Assembly (NCBI GenBank): GCA_002633005.1
Contig: NMRA01000297.1
Coordinates: forward strand, 108,737-172,736
Source: Phoronis australis
Taxonomy: Eukaryota; Animalia; Phoronida
Direction of reading: 5' to 3'
Length of the DNA stretch: 64,000 bases
Shown here: positions 1 to 11,678 of the stretch, piece by piece
Numbering within the stretch: position 1 is the first letter of the stretch
Layout of the letters: every line of letters begins with the position of its first letter
Position numbers and translations under genes: made by a program
The notes under the pieces: generated by a model
Database searches by the model: none
Seen by the model: the letters and a program-made list of their open reading frames with translations, nothing else
What the model was told of the DNA's origin: nothing

Positions 1-530
1 GAATCAGCTGTAATTCCGATATAGTTTCAAACTTCTGTGGCACTTTGCACGACCTCAGATGACTTCTGACGTCTTTAACACACCTAATGAAGGCCACATT
101 TCCTCCGCGATCACACGTATGTAACGAAAATTGACCAAATGTACAAGAAGGAAATTCCTCCATATTCTTTGCAGTGACAGGAAGTGCATGTAATCTCGAA
201 CCCTAAAGTGCTATTGGTAAAGTTAAACGAAGAATGGAGTGTTTTAGAAAATTGGGGTCTCAAAAGTGAAATTTAAATTTTTGTGATATTCCATTGTTGA
301 TATTAGATCATATATTTTAGGTGATATCTCTAAACTAAAAGAGTAGCCTCAACTCTCTTGTCAGTCAGAGTAAGGCCACATCACAAAAATGCCCAAATTC
401 GCGGGCCACGTTTAATACTAAATATATAAGAGACAAGTTTTTTTAAAAGCAATTATCAACGTTCAATCTTAGAAGTGTCTACAAAGAGAATTTCAACTTC
501 AAATATATTCCGATATAGCAGGCAGGTTAA
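1..530. mobile_element. Right end of a probable TTAA-flanked (piggyBac-like) DNA transposon in a CFAP43 intron
   Basis: Ends ATATTCCGATATAGCAGGCAGG-TTAA (527-530); the motif ATTCCGATATAG recurs at ~13-24; the left end lies outside the window. Confidence 0.35.
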
Positions 531-1877
531 GCAACATCTTGCCACTTGTGACTGGCCTGAAAAGTGGTCTTGGAGTTTTCTCCCCTGCTGGAAATTTAAT
601 TGTACCTATGAGTTGCAAATTTCATTTTCTTACTAACCTTACACGAGTCTTTATGACCATCAATGTCAAACTTTGTCACCAGTTTTCCAAGTCTGATTTT
701 TTGACGTTCAAAAAATGCAGTTTTACTGACATGAAAAAATGCAAAATATGACTTTATAGCCAAATAGGTCATATCTCGGTAACCAAAGGTCATTGAGTGC
801 AAATATTGCAGCAGTGCACTTTGGGCCAGCATCCCAACACATGCACAAAGTATTAGTTCTGTATGAATTTTTGAGTATATAGTGATTTTTCATTTTCATA
901 TGGTTTTTATATGGAATCATTCTTAAGAATACAATTATAATGGTCTTATTAATAAGTAGATGAACACAGTCAGACTGAAAACACTTGTCAACAATCCAAC
1001 TTGAGTGGCATCATTTACCATTTTTGTTGTTGCGGAAATAATTTTACCGAAACTGTTCACAAGGAATTTAATTTCAGAATCCAAACTCTTAAAAATCATG
1101 AGTTACTGTTTCATTATTTCAGTGTGTGTATAATTACTCTTTAGTCATTGCTAAGTGCAGCAATATGCACATTTGTCTAAAAAAGTTAGAGATGTTTGTG
1201 ATAAATTAAATTAGAATTGACAGCGTTCAGGGTGTTTTATACAGTCACCGACTATCGAGTGTTTGTGACTTTTATGTTAACCATTAACTACAGAGAATTT
1301 AAGTCATTGAACGCGCACAATTTCTTGACAAATAACGAAGAGTGCATCATTGTCTGCTTCTTCATGTGAAATAGCTGACATCAATTCCGCAGTAAGAGCA
1401 TTAACCCATTCTTTGGCTAAACTTCCAACCCCATATCGTTTAAAGTCTCATCTTGTAACCCTCTGATTATTCAGGTTTCTGAATTTCAATTGATGTATGG
1501 AAGTTCACAAAGATAAGTTTGGTAACTGTGTTGCCTAGGCAACCAGTATAAGCCAGTGAATGCAGTGAGCTATACTTCATCCATTAGCACCTTTGTGTTG
1601 GTCAATCCAGCTAATTGTTGGTCCTATGTAAAGTAGTCCAACAGTTGTATGGGTGGACATTATAATTGCATGATACATAAAACCAGTACAGAACAGGACT
1701 TCTAAAGCTGTCTCATTACTTTACAGGGTGCATATTAGTACTGAGGGCAGTTTCTAGCTACCAGAGTGCTCCTAACTTGATCTTTTAAGTCATTGTTTTT
1801 GGTGACTTAATGAAACCTTGATGTTTGTGTTTTATTTATAGACTTAACTGGTAAAAAGCTAAAAGAAACTAAATGGA

Positions 1878-2250
1878 TTTCATTATTTCTAGACTGAGCT
1901 CACCTGGTAATATACCAAGAGGAGCTCAATAAGTTTCATTATTATTTCTAGACTGAGCTGGTAATATACGAAGAGGAGCTCAGTGTGTTTCATTATAAAA
2001 ATTATTTCTACACTGAGCTGGTAATATACCAAGAGGAGCTCAGTGTGTTTCATTATTTCTAGACTGAGCTGGTAATGTGCCAAATGAGCTCAATGTGTTT
2101 CATGATAATTTCTACACTGAGCTGGTAAATATACCAAGAGGTGCTCAATATGTTTCCTTATTTCTAAGCTGAGCTGGTAATATACCAAGAGGAGCTCAAT
2201 GTGTTTCATTATTTCTAGACTGAATTAGTAATATATCAAGAGGAGCTCAA
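1878..2250 (+). repeat. ~50-60 bp tandem array (7 units) made of splice acceptor plus the first ~32 nt of the CFAP43 exon
   Basis: Unit ATTTCTAG-ACTGAGCTGGTAATATACCAAGAGGAGCTCAA-TGTGTTTCATT; the last unit is the real acceptor and exon start. Confidence 0.9.
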
Positions 2251-2347
2251 GATCATACGTCTACAGTATTCTCTAATGGTGGAGGAAGAACTGGAAAGTC
2301 ACGAACGTGAAATGCTTCGACTGCTGGATCACAAGAGAGAACTGAAG
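2219..2347 (+). CDS. CFAP43: CFAP43 internal exon (TELVIYQEELKIIRLQYSLMVEEELESHEREMLRLLDHKRELK)
   Basis: AG/GT bounded, 129 nt, phase 0/0; resembles the CFAP43 C-terminal coiled coil (IYQEELKI). Confidence 0.88.
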
Positions 2348-3359
2348 GTTAGTTGTCTGTGTTAAACTTTAAAACTTTAGTTTGTTTTTATCCTTGGGTT
2401 CTTATGTTCATTATCTTCTGTATGACTCCCATGTTGTCATTAGGTCCCATAGCACTATGTCCAAAGTGGAATGCACACCTAGAGATTTGGGACGTACCTT
2501 GTCATGGATCTTTCACCAACATCTTTACTTGGGTTTGTTGGTGTCAGTCATAGTTTTTCAACAAAATTTACTTTTGTCGTTCACGATCTGAACACAGAGG
2601 TCGTGTCGCCTCTGAAGTATGCTCTGCAGGAATCAACCCTTACAATAAGCTCCTAAATGTTACATCGGATGTGGCATCAACAGTATCAAACTACATTTCT
2701 CACCATTTACTGTGCGCTTGTAATGCTTTCCACTAAGACAGGAACTCCACTGTTTTGACACGTTTTGGTCAGTGACAACAACCATAATGATTGCACCTTT
2801 TCAAAAGTTGTGCGTCTCCCCTGGAATGGGAAACGAAAAGTCTTGTTTTACTGGTAATTGCTAGTGATCACAACATATTATACAACCATGACACCTCCTG
2901 ATCATCCAAAAAACTATCAGAAACTCACATGTCAGTAACAGAGAATGGAAAGTGGAATTTGTCACTGATTCAGCATTAGTGACTGTTGTTATACGGGTAG
3001 CTCAGGATGGATCCATTGATGACTTACCATATGCGCTCAGTGTGAGAAATAAACAGTTTGACCTATTTTAAGCAGTTAAAGCTATTGTGTTTTCCAAAAC
3101 CTTGTCTTCTGAAATCCCAATTAGTTCCATCCAAAGGTATGACAGATCTTTCATTATAAACCGTTGTGCTGAATGCAACAAGTGTTGGTGATGATTTCAC
3201 TACAGGCTGCTTGTATCAAATCAACCTCCTATTTAGGTTGTAACTCTTTTTATAGTCTTGGTTACTGTAGCAACATAGGATTGTGTAATTTCTTTTTGAA
3301 TAGATAAAGGTGATCGTGTTGAATCTTCTACCGGTAGCCGATATATTACTTTTTTGTAG

Positions 3360-3535
3360 CTCCTGGCAGAGAGAGCCTGTGTCGATGGACGCAAGAACAG
3401 TGATGCATTCCGTGAACAGTATGACATTCTGACTGCTGAGGATAAGGTTATGGACAAGGCATTCAAGCGAGAATTCCACGACGTGTCAGCCATTATGGCA
3501 GACCAACTGTATAAGTTATTTAGGCGGAGACCTCG
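3360..3535 (+). CDS. CFAP43: CFAP43 internal exon (LLAERAC...AEDKVMDKAFKREF...LYKLFRRRPR)
   Basis: ttgtag|...|gtaagt, phase 0/2; DKVMD.F..EF and LYKLF.RRPR motifs of CFAP43. Confidence 0.92.
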
Positions 3536-4240
3536 GTAAGTTTCTTTAGGAGAAATTGGTAAATGTTTTTGTTGTCTCTAGCGCCAAGCTTTACCTGAAA
3601 AAGGAAGTTTGAAAGATGATATCTTCATTGTTTGAGGGTAAATCGAAAATTGAAAACACACCTCCAAGACTTTGATGTATTCATTAGAAGGATTTTAAAA
3701 AAATTGTTTACTATAGAGAATTCTCACTGTGGTTTGCACTATTGGTGAAGATGAAACTTTCAGATCATATCATTAATGTACACTTTTCTTATATTAATGC
3801 TTTTAGTACTTCTTGTTTTTAAAATGTTTCACTTTTGTATGAAAGCCTATCAAAAAAAAGAACCTGATATTTTATGATTTTCATGAAAAAGGCAAAACCC
3901 AGTTTAAACGGAAACAAAATGATGATTTGAAAAACTGTAAGACAGTGTTTTTGAAATTTTGAACATTTAATGCAACCAAAAATTTTTCTTTTCATTGATA
4001 CAACTGTTTGGTTATGAAATGTGTCTTTCTTTTTTGTGAAACTGTACTAAATAGCCAATCATGCTGTCAATGCTTATTTGATGGCTGGTTGACATCAAAT
4101 TCAACAGACTTTCTTAGTTCCAAAAAATACTTGGCTGACTACACAAACTTGCCATTAAGTCCCATTTAGCCTTTTTGAATTTGTAAGCCTGACTGACAGC
4201 CATACTGTAGGTACTCATCACATGAATGCATATTCAACAG

Positions 4241-4472
4241 GGGCATACGAGGTACAATTAGAGGTGGTGAGACGCCATTGTATGAGTCCAGCTCGGGCAA
4301 CCCATTCTTTGACCGTCCATCTAGTGCCCGTCAGAAGGCAATGGCTCAAGCTGGACTGGAGGTAGCTTTGGCCGAGCTGGATAAAGAGTCCAATATGCCT
4401 GAGGGTCTGGATATAAGTGTGTGGAAACGCATGTGTCACTATCGCCGGCAGAAGATTGAGAGCGAGCATCTG
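4241..4472 (+). CDS. CFAP43: CFAP43 internal exon (GIRG...NPFFDRPSSA...MPEGLDISVWKRMCHYRRQKIESEHL)
   Basis: caacag|...|gtaggt, phase 2/0; MPEGLD..VW motif. Confidence 0.9.
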
Positions 4473-4870
4473 GTAGGTGCTAGAGGGTACTCCACTACAT
4501 TTCTGACAGGTCTGCCCAAGGGGGTACTCCTATACAGTTCTAACCGGTGTGCCCCTGGGAGTACTCCAATTCCGTTCTGACAGGTGTGCTCTAGGGAGTA
4601 CTTCACCTCAATTCTGACAGGTGTGCCCCAGGGAGTACTCCAATACAGTTCTGATAGGTGTTCCCCAGGGAGTACTCCAATACAGTTCTAACCGATGGGC
4701 CCACTACACTTCTGACAAGAATGCTCCAGGGAATACTCCACTACAGTTCTGACAGGTGTGCCCTAGGTGGTACTCCACTGCTGTTCGTACGTGTGCTCCA
4801 GGGGCTACCCCACTACTGCTCTGACAGTTGTGCCCCAAGGGGTACTCCTCTGTAGTTCTGACAGGTGTGA
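4469..4870 (+). repeat. 37-bp minisatellite (~11 units) starting at the exon donor
   Basis: Consensus GTGTGCCCCAGGGAGTACTCCAATACAGTTCTGACAG. Confidence 0.9.
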
Positions 4871-5206
4871 CTCGGGAGAATAAGGATACCGAAGCTGTTA
4901 CAGGTAGTTGACAACTGAAGATGAAATCCAACATTCAGTATAAGCACAATTAAAAGGGGAACTCCTGTAAAATGTGGCTCCTTTGTAGACGGCTTTTATC
5001 CAAGGTATTTGTGTAGGAGAGCTTAAACCAGTCCTACAGAATAGTTGAATTGATGTTGGATAAAAAACAATTGCTCTACATTTTTAACAAACAACACAAT
5101 TATGTTAAACCTTTCTGTTGCCCAAATTGTTCTTTTCTAAAGTTACAAAGAATATTACCCTTTTGGTGAGAAAGTCAGCACATTCTGTATTCACCTTTTG
5201 TTGTAA

Positions 5207-6085
5207 CAGTCTCGTCCCTCAGACTCAAGATGGCGCTGATCACTTTAGTCATTTGAGGCTTGGTTATGGGAAATGAAATGTGTCAGAATTCTGACACATT
5301 TTTGCGAAAATTGATGGAATCTCACGAGTATTATAAGTTATACAAACTTTGGAATTTTGCACACTCACAGTTAAAATGAAAAGTTATGGTACATTGCACC
5401 AGTTTAGGATTAAATTATTGCACAAAATGATGTATATTGATTTGAAAAGAGATTAATTTCTTAACCTTTATTTCAAACATTAACCAAAACAATGCCTTCA
5501 GCTTCATGAATGGCAGCAACAACATCAGTGTGAAAATAATTAAAATCTGCCACGTCACACTGTTTAATGATGTCAAGGCAGCGGCCAATCATTGTGCGGA
5601 AGGTATTTCCCATAACCTACGCTCTTTCTCAGTGCTACGAAAGGTAGCACAATGGAATGTTGTTTTTCATGATGGCTACTCATTGGAAACCGACGTCATA
5701 ACATTCAGTGATTCCCTTTGGTTGAAATGTGGGAAACCATTTTTAGTTTACTGTTACGTAGTATGGTGACTGCCCTTGACTTGAATAGTTGCAATTTATT
5801 AAAACATCCAGTGATCGAAGTAAACTAAATCAAGGGATACCGATCCCATGTCTAAGCCCAAGCAGTAGAGTGCATTGAAGGCGTGTGCATGTGGTGGGGA
5901 TGTGACCGATAAACCTCCGACCAGGCATGCGCATTGATGCCCAAACACAGAATTCCTTGTGTCGTTCATCATGTTTCCACAGGGCCACTTTTCAGTATAG
6001 GTTGCGCTGTGTCAGAGGATACCCATAACCAAGCCTCAAATGGCTAAACCGATCAACACCATCTTGAAGCTAGGAGACGAGGCTG
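5207..6085. mobile_element. Non-autonomous DNA transposon with ~65-bp TIRs
   Basis: CAGTCTCGTCCCTCAGACTCAAGATGG...TTTGAGGCTTGGTTATGGG is inverted at ~6022-6085; degenerate 9-bp flank repeat TTGTTGTAA/CTGTTGTAG. Confidence 0.75.
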
Positions 6086-6347
6086 CTGTTGTAGCCGATC
6101 ACTAGGAAGTTGCTGGTCTTTATCGAAAACATTTCTTGTCCACATCTCAGGTTTTTTTAAATCAATGGAGTAACTACATAGCAGAATAACAAATTTGGCC
6201 TTATCCCAACTAGAAGATAAAACAGAGAACTATTTCATACTGGCTTCATGAGACATTTTAATCTGCCATGTTGCTATAATCATTTTTTTATTATCTGAAC
6301 AATTTTTATAATTAAGTCATTGTTGGTTCACTAATATATTTCACCAG

Positions 6348-6460
6348 GTTAAAGAAAAGGCTCTAGTTATGGCCGATATCAATGCTTTCCTTCAACGAAG
6401 ACAAGAAGAAGACGATGCATTGAGGCATGAAATTGAAGACATTGTACTTTCCATCAGCAA
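6348..6460 (+). CDS. CFAP43: CFAP43 internal exon (VKEKALVMADINAFLQRRQEEDDALRHEIEDIVLSIS)
   Basis: caccag|...|gtaagt, phase 0/2. Confidence 0.88.
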
Positions 6461-6502
6461 GTAAGTGAAATGAAAACTCCTGGTTCTTTAAATTTGATAT
6501 GA

Positions 6503-6645
6503 CTGTTGAACTGATATAGTACACACATCAGTTAGGTGCTGGCCTGAAATAGTACACACATGAATTGGGTGTTGACCTGATATAGTGCAGAACACAACTT
6601 CAGTTGGGTGCTGACCTGTTATAGTGTACAATTCAGTTGGCTGCT
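6503..6645. repeat. Degenerate ~35-bp tandem repeat (4 units) ~40 nt downstream of a donor
   Basis: GTTGACCTGATATAGTACACACATCAGTTGGGT-like units. Confidence 0.65.
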
Positions 6646-6719
6646 CTAGAAACAGGTGATGTTAGGAAGTTGGTGGATAGACTAGTCAAATCTTCAGGTT
6701 CCTATCTAAAATAAGTATA

Positions 6720-8431
6720 AAGGGAGTTTTAACTAGTTAGAAATGACTCTGAAAGTGACAAAAATTCGAAAAAAAAGTTTTTATTGTAGTTCATTTTTTT
6801 AAAAATCTTATTTTTTATTTTTCAAAAAATCCAATATTTTACCTCGAATTTTTTTTCAAAATGCACAGGGATTATCAGCGCAATATTCTACTTATCCATA
6901 CCAAATATATGTACAAAATCATTATGAACTTGATTTTGCGTGAGTTGGTGCAAGCACGCCACTTTCTGTCATTTGGTCACTTTCCGTCTAATAACTAAAA
7001 ATCTGGTCCATGTATCAAAAAACCCTGGCACGCGTTTTTTCTTCAGTCCTAGAGGATTTCAAATTTACAAATTTCGTAAAAATTGACCCAGGTGTTGCGG
7101 AAAAATAGGCCCGAGAATCTTTTCACTAAATGTGAAGTCACAAGCCGAGAAAAACGGCTTTGAAGTTAAGCGGGCATAGATTGCTACTTGAGGTCATAAT
7201 TCATTCAGAATGCGATGTCATTATGTTCCAATTTTTGATGATGTACTAGAAATAAAGCTGATATTTACTTCATGTTTAGAAAATGTGAAATACCTGTTTG
7301 TTTATAGTGTAATTTTAATCATTTTTGTGAACTTGTGAAGCACTACAGACGACCAAAACAAATATGGCTGTCACGTGGGCGGAGTTTAGCATTGTTCTAT
7401 TGTCTGCTGTACTGGTGTGCCGACCACACATCATTAAAACCATGTGTTGATTGTTTATGCGACTCATCTGAACTCTCCACTCAGCGTGGTAAAAGGCTGT
7501 CTAACTGTATTCCATAGACCTACTTATTAGTTGGCCTATTCCAATATTATTATGTAGTTACCGTCTCTCCTTCAACCAATATATGTGTTATATCAAAATG
7601 CCGCGTTACTGACTACATAACAATATTGGCGACGAGGATAAAGAACTACTTCCATCGCATTGATTCAACATTTTCACGTGCCTGTACCACCAACGTTTTG
7701 ACCGAATGGACTTTGGGATGAGAAAATAGCACTTTCAGTTAAAAAGTCCCCTGAATTTGGCAGAATGGTTTCTCCATGGCGCGTTCCTAGCACAGAAGCA
7801 GGGATTATCTCCAAAACTACTCTGTCGGCATGTAGTTGTCCATGTCTCGCGCGCGGGGCGTGTCTTCACAGCGCGTACATGCACTCTCATCGAATCGTGC
7901 AACACCTCCCATGTCAACGCTCAGCGTCCTCTCGCAAGACACCTCACAATTTCTGCGCTAACTCTTCAAGCTGAGTGCAGTGATGGCTTCGGCAAGACTT
8001 GGCGTACTCAACTTATGTTTTTGCAGATGGACAAACAGGCTCAGGCTCGGAACAGGAGCTAGTTCACCATTTCACCACCATCTTTCACACGGTCAAAAAT
8101 ATAATTATTTTATTCTTGGCCTTGCTAAAACATCAATATCAGCTGGTACAACACTCTTGATTGCCCGGTTACGCAATGTTTGTTCACAGGGTTAGATTAG
8201 AGCTAGTCTCCTGGTATAAGTTCCGCCCCACTTGTCAGTCACTGAGCTGGTGAGCACTCAAGCCACATGACTTACTGAAGCTTGGTCAAATAAAATTAAA
8301 AATACAACTTTGGATTTTCAGAATGATTTTAGTTTTCTTCAGTATACTGTGCATCAAGAATTAAAGATTAAAATGATATAAAAATGTAAAAAACAGTAAA
8401 AATTAATTTTTTGTGTATCCACCTACCTTAA
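6720..8431. mobile_element. Probable DNA transposon relic (Kolobok-like TTAA end)
   Basis: Right end GTGTATCCACCTACC-TTAA; subterminal sequence typical of invertebrate DNA elements; matching left TIR not resolved. Confidence 0.3.
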
Positions 8432-8664
8432 AGGGATCACTGTTAGAAGTTTATCCCGAGTGTCATGTTTTATCTCAAATCAATCTATTACCAGGCACAT
8501 GTGAGTGTTGACAACAAAGTCTTGTATTAATACCATTTTCCAGTTTGTTGACTTGAAGTGATAAGAAGGTACAGCAAACTTGTTTCTTGAGTCAAATTTG
8601 CAAGTGTTTCTATTAAGCCATTTAAATTAATGCTATATAATATATTCCATTTCCTACCTTACAG

Positions 8665-8824
8665 GTTAAAAGAAGACCGTTTCCAATTTGTGTGCAACCT
8701 TGAGATCCAGTTACTTCTCAAACAAGGTCAAGTGGAGGTTGACGCTGGTGACTTCATTCACAACTATAAGGAGAGCGTCCTTATACACCGCAGTGTTGTA
8801 GAGGACCTCAATGGAAGAATTAGG
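8665..8824 (+). CDS. CFAP43: CFAP43 internal exon (LKEDRFQFVCNLEIQLLLKQGQVEVDAGDFIHNYKESVLIHRSVVEDLNGRIR)
   Basis: ttacag|...|gttagt, phase 2/0; LKQGQVE motif conserved in CFAP43. Confidence 0.93.
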
Positions 8825-8983
8825 GTTAGTGACTTCATTCACAACTATAAGGAGAGCGTCCTTATACACCACAGTGTTGTAAAGGACCTCAATGGAAGAA
8901 TTAGGGTTTAATAGTAAGTTACTTCATTCACAACTATAAGGAGAGCGTCTATAGGACCTCAATGGAAGAATCAGGGTTAGTGA
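8748..8983 (+). repeat. Triplication (81-bp period) of the exon 3' end plus donor
   Basis: GACTTCATTCACAACTATAAGGAGAGCGTC...AATGGAAGAATTAGGGTT occurs three times; the third copy has an internal deletion. Confidence 0.95.
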
Positions 8984-9576
8984 CAAGATCTAATGAAAAG
9001 CTTTATAACCTTGGAGTTAAGTGATTTCATACTCTGTTCATCCTGAGTTGTCTCTTGACTGTACAATGTAACAGTTATTCTGTGCTTGCTCATATGGTGA
9101 TGTTTATCTGAACCTGTTAACAGCTGTGTTGTACTGTAATAATGCAAATGCGACTCCAAGAATGAAACACGCATGTGCCTAACTAAATGTAGGAGCTGCT
9201 CCTTTTATGTTTACATTAAGATGTAGATGGGCTGTATTAAAGTTACGGGTTCTGTTGTCTGCACGGGCTGTTGCCATAGCTTTGAATCCTTTAAATTTGG
9301 GCATTTTTGGAAAATTTAGCTCTTGGCTTGCGTATCGCACCTTCATTATAAAGTTTGAAAGTTTATATACAGTTATGTCTCGCCAATTTAGGATACAATA
9401 TGGTGGAACAAGTGAAATTTTATAGTACACTAATTATATTTCACAAGACTAGTATTAATAGCATCAAACAAGTTCTTTGGTTATCATTTATTAATTTTAT
9501 AATTATATGACATCTTTCATTAGAAATGTGTTTAGAAAAGGTGCGCATTCAGTTTTACAGTGCTGCCACTTTATTA

Positions 9577-9966
9577 CAAGGACAACAAAGTGTGTTGTGA
9601 GTGAAATCAACTTACTCGTAGACCTTGGAGTTGGAGTTCGAACGTTTCGAACTGTGCTCTACAGTTCTTTTTCAACGACTGGTAGTGGGGCATCCTGATT
9701 TCTGGTCTTTATGCTACCCGGAAGTAATATAGCGTTGTATATCGGTGGGAGTTGTATACCACTGATATACAACGCTATACTACTTCTGGGTGACATAAGG
9801 AACGGAAATCAGGATGCCCCCCTACCAGTCGTTGGAAAAGAACTGAAAAGGAGCACAGTTCGAAACGTTCGAACTCCCAACCCCAAGGTCTACGAGTAAG
9901 TTGATTTCACTCACAACATACTTTCACTGAGACCATGAAAAACCTCTTTTCAAGGACAACAAAGTG
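9577..9966. mobile_element. ~340-bp palindrome, probable Penelope-like element remnant (inverted pLTR pair)
   Basis: Arms 9587-9748 and 9759-9924 with a 10-nt loop; flanked by the 16-bp direct repeat CAAGGACAACAAAGTG; hammerhead-variant motif in each arm. Confidence 0.7.
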
Positions 9967-10289
9967 GCTTACTTGTTTAACTCATAAGTGTCAGAGCCCT
10001 CAGCTACACCTGTACACTCCTTGTTGTCACCCTTGTAAAAAGTATAAGTTTCACCACTTTTTAGAAAATCAGCTGGAATAACATATTTGCAGCAGTCTGG
10101 GTATTCCTGAAATATCAAAATTCTCCAAAAGCCGAAATGGAAACATTGCTTACCACTGATTTAGTTAATTTTGTACTGTCAATTGTTATCATTGTAATTA
10201 CTTTGCACTTTGCCCGAGTTCACTATGTCTTAATAATGTTTGATTTTGACCTTTAGTGGTGACTTTTTTCACAATTATTGTCTTGAAAG

Positions 10290-10454
10290 GCCCTTGGTGA
10301 GAAAAAGATAGCAAGCATGGTGGAGAGCAAGGACTTCAGGAAAGGAATTATTCAGCTTGAGTGGGAACACAAGAAGAATTTGATGACCATTCAAGATCTA
10401 CAGAAGAAGATGAGGGATATCACCATGATGAAAGTGACCAGGGAAATACAGGCA
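10290..10454 (+). CDS. CFAP43: CFAP43 internal exon (ALGEKKIASMVESKDFRKGIIQLEWEHKK...KVTREIQA)
   Basis: AG|...|gtgagt, 165 nt, phase 0/0; KDFRKGI..LEWEHK motif. Confidence 0.93.
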
Positions 10455-11227
10455 GTGAGTAGATGTGTGGAAAGATGGGATAAGACTAAACATAATGGGA
10501 GGAAAGGCAGCTAATTCATTCAGTATAATTAGTGGAAACCATCTTGTTTACTCTTCTGTAAAGTTTGTTGTTTTTTTTCTTTGGACGCTACAGCTTGTAT
10601 TTGTTAACTTATGGACATGAATTTTCCGCGCATTATTTGCCTTACATAAAGCTTATGTATTTTCATCATCACTAGATTCAAAATGGCAGATGTGATGGTC
10701 AAATTGTTTTGGAGTGTTTCTAAAACATCAAATAAACTACATTAATATGCAAAGTATCGATATTTTTTCTCAAAATAATTAATATGGCAGCCTTTTTATT
10801 GAGGTACTTCAAGTTTTGCCCAAAATACATTTTCATATGGAGGTAGCAATATGTACACCATGACTTTGTTTGAGTATGTTTTTTTTGCATGATGATTGTG
10901 CACATTTGTTGAGTTTCAAGTGAAATTTACATTCAAGATAGTGACTAAGGGCATCATTTGACCTGTGGTGCCTTTAAATGGATTGAACTAACTATAAAAA
11001 ATTGCTCTATAAATTCTCCATTACTCAACTAAAAGCACTACAGATTTTGAGATATTTAAAGACTGAGTGTAAAATCCACTTGCATCACATTCTCTTGCTC
11101 ACTGTTTATATAATGGTGTTTGGCTGTTTATTGACCTTTGTTCAGCCTAGCCTTATGTTCCTTAAGCGCATTGTAATGATAGTTTATCTTGATTTTAGTG
11201 TTCTGATTATTTCTATTAACATTTCAG

Positions 11228-11308
11228 TATCTTACTGAGGAAGACCATGAAGCCAAGAAAAGTCAGGAGATTGCTACATTAGAGCAGACACTAACTATGC
11301 AGAAAAAG
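11228..11308 (+). CDS. CFAP43: CFAP43 internal exon (YLTEEDHEAKKSQEIATLEQTLTMQKK)
   Basis: tttcag|...|gtaaaa, 81 nt, phase 0/0. Confidence 0.87.
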
Positions 11309-11524
11309 GTAAAAGCAAGTAGTGACAAAAAGAGTTGCCGTAGCAACTGGTGGCCACATATCTGACCAAGAATAGTTGTAATGAATTGTAAGCGTGTGTG
11401 CTTTACAGTATATTAGCAGTGAGCTACTTTTATTAAAATCTGAAACATAAAAACATTACGTGAATAAGATTTTTATTCTTATATATTGATTTCAAGTTGA
11501 TGAATTAAATGTTTTTCAATGCAG

Positions 11525-11678
11525 AATCATGAAAAAATGGTTGAAGATCGCAAGCGCATCATTCGTGAATTGAAAAGAACAATTCACTACAAAGACTCTG
11601 ATAACAACAATTTGGACTCCACTTTGGAAGAGCTGAATGTGTCGGTGAATGAACGAAACCAAATTAATGAAGTGAATG
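11525..11678 (+). CDS. CFAP43: CFAP43 penultimate exon (NHEKMVEDRKRIIRELK...ELNVSVNERNQINEVN)
   Basis: atgcag|...|gtatgt, phase 0/1. Confidence 0.9.

Noticed and set aside
4469-4870. CRISPR-like array (37-bp period)
   Set aside because: Units are contiguous and degenerate with no unique spacers, there are no cas genes, and it lies in a eukaryotic intron
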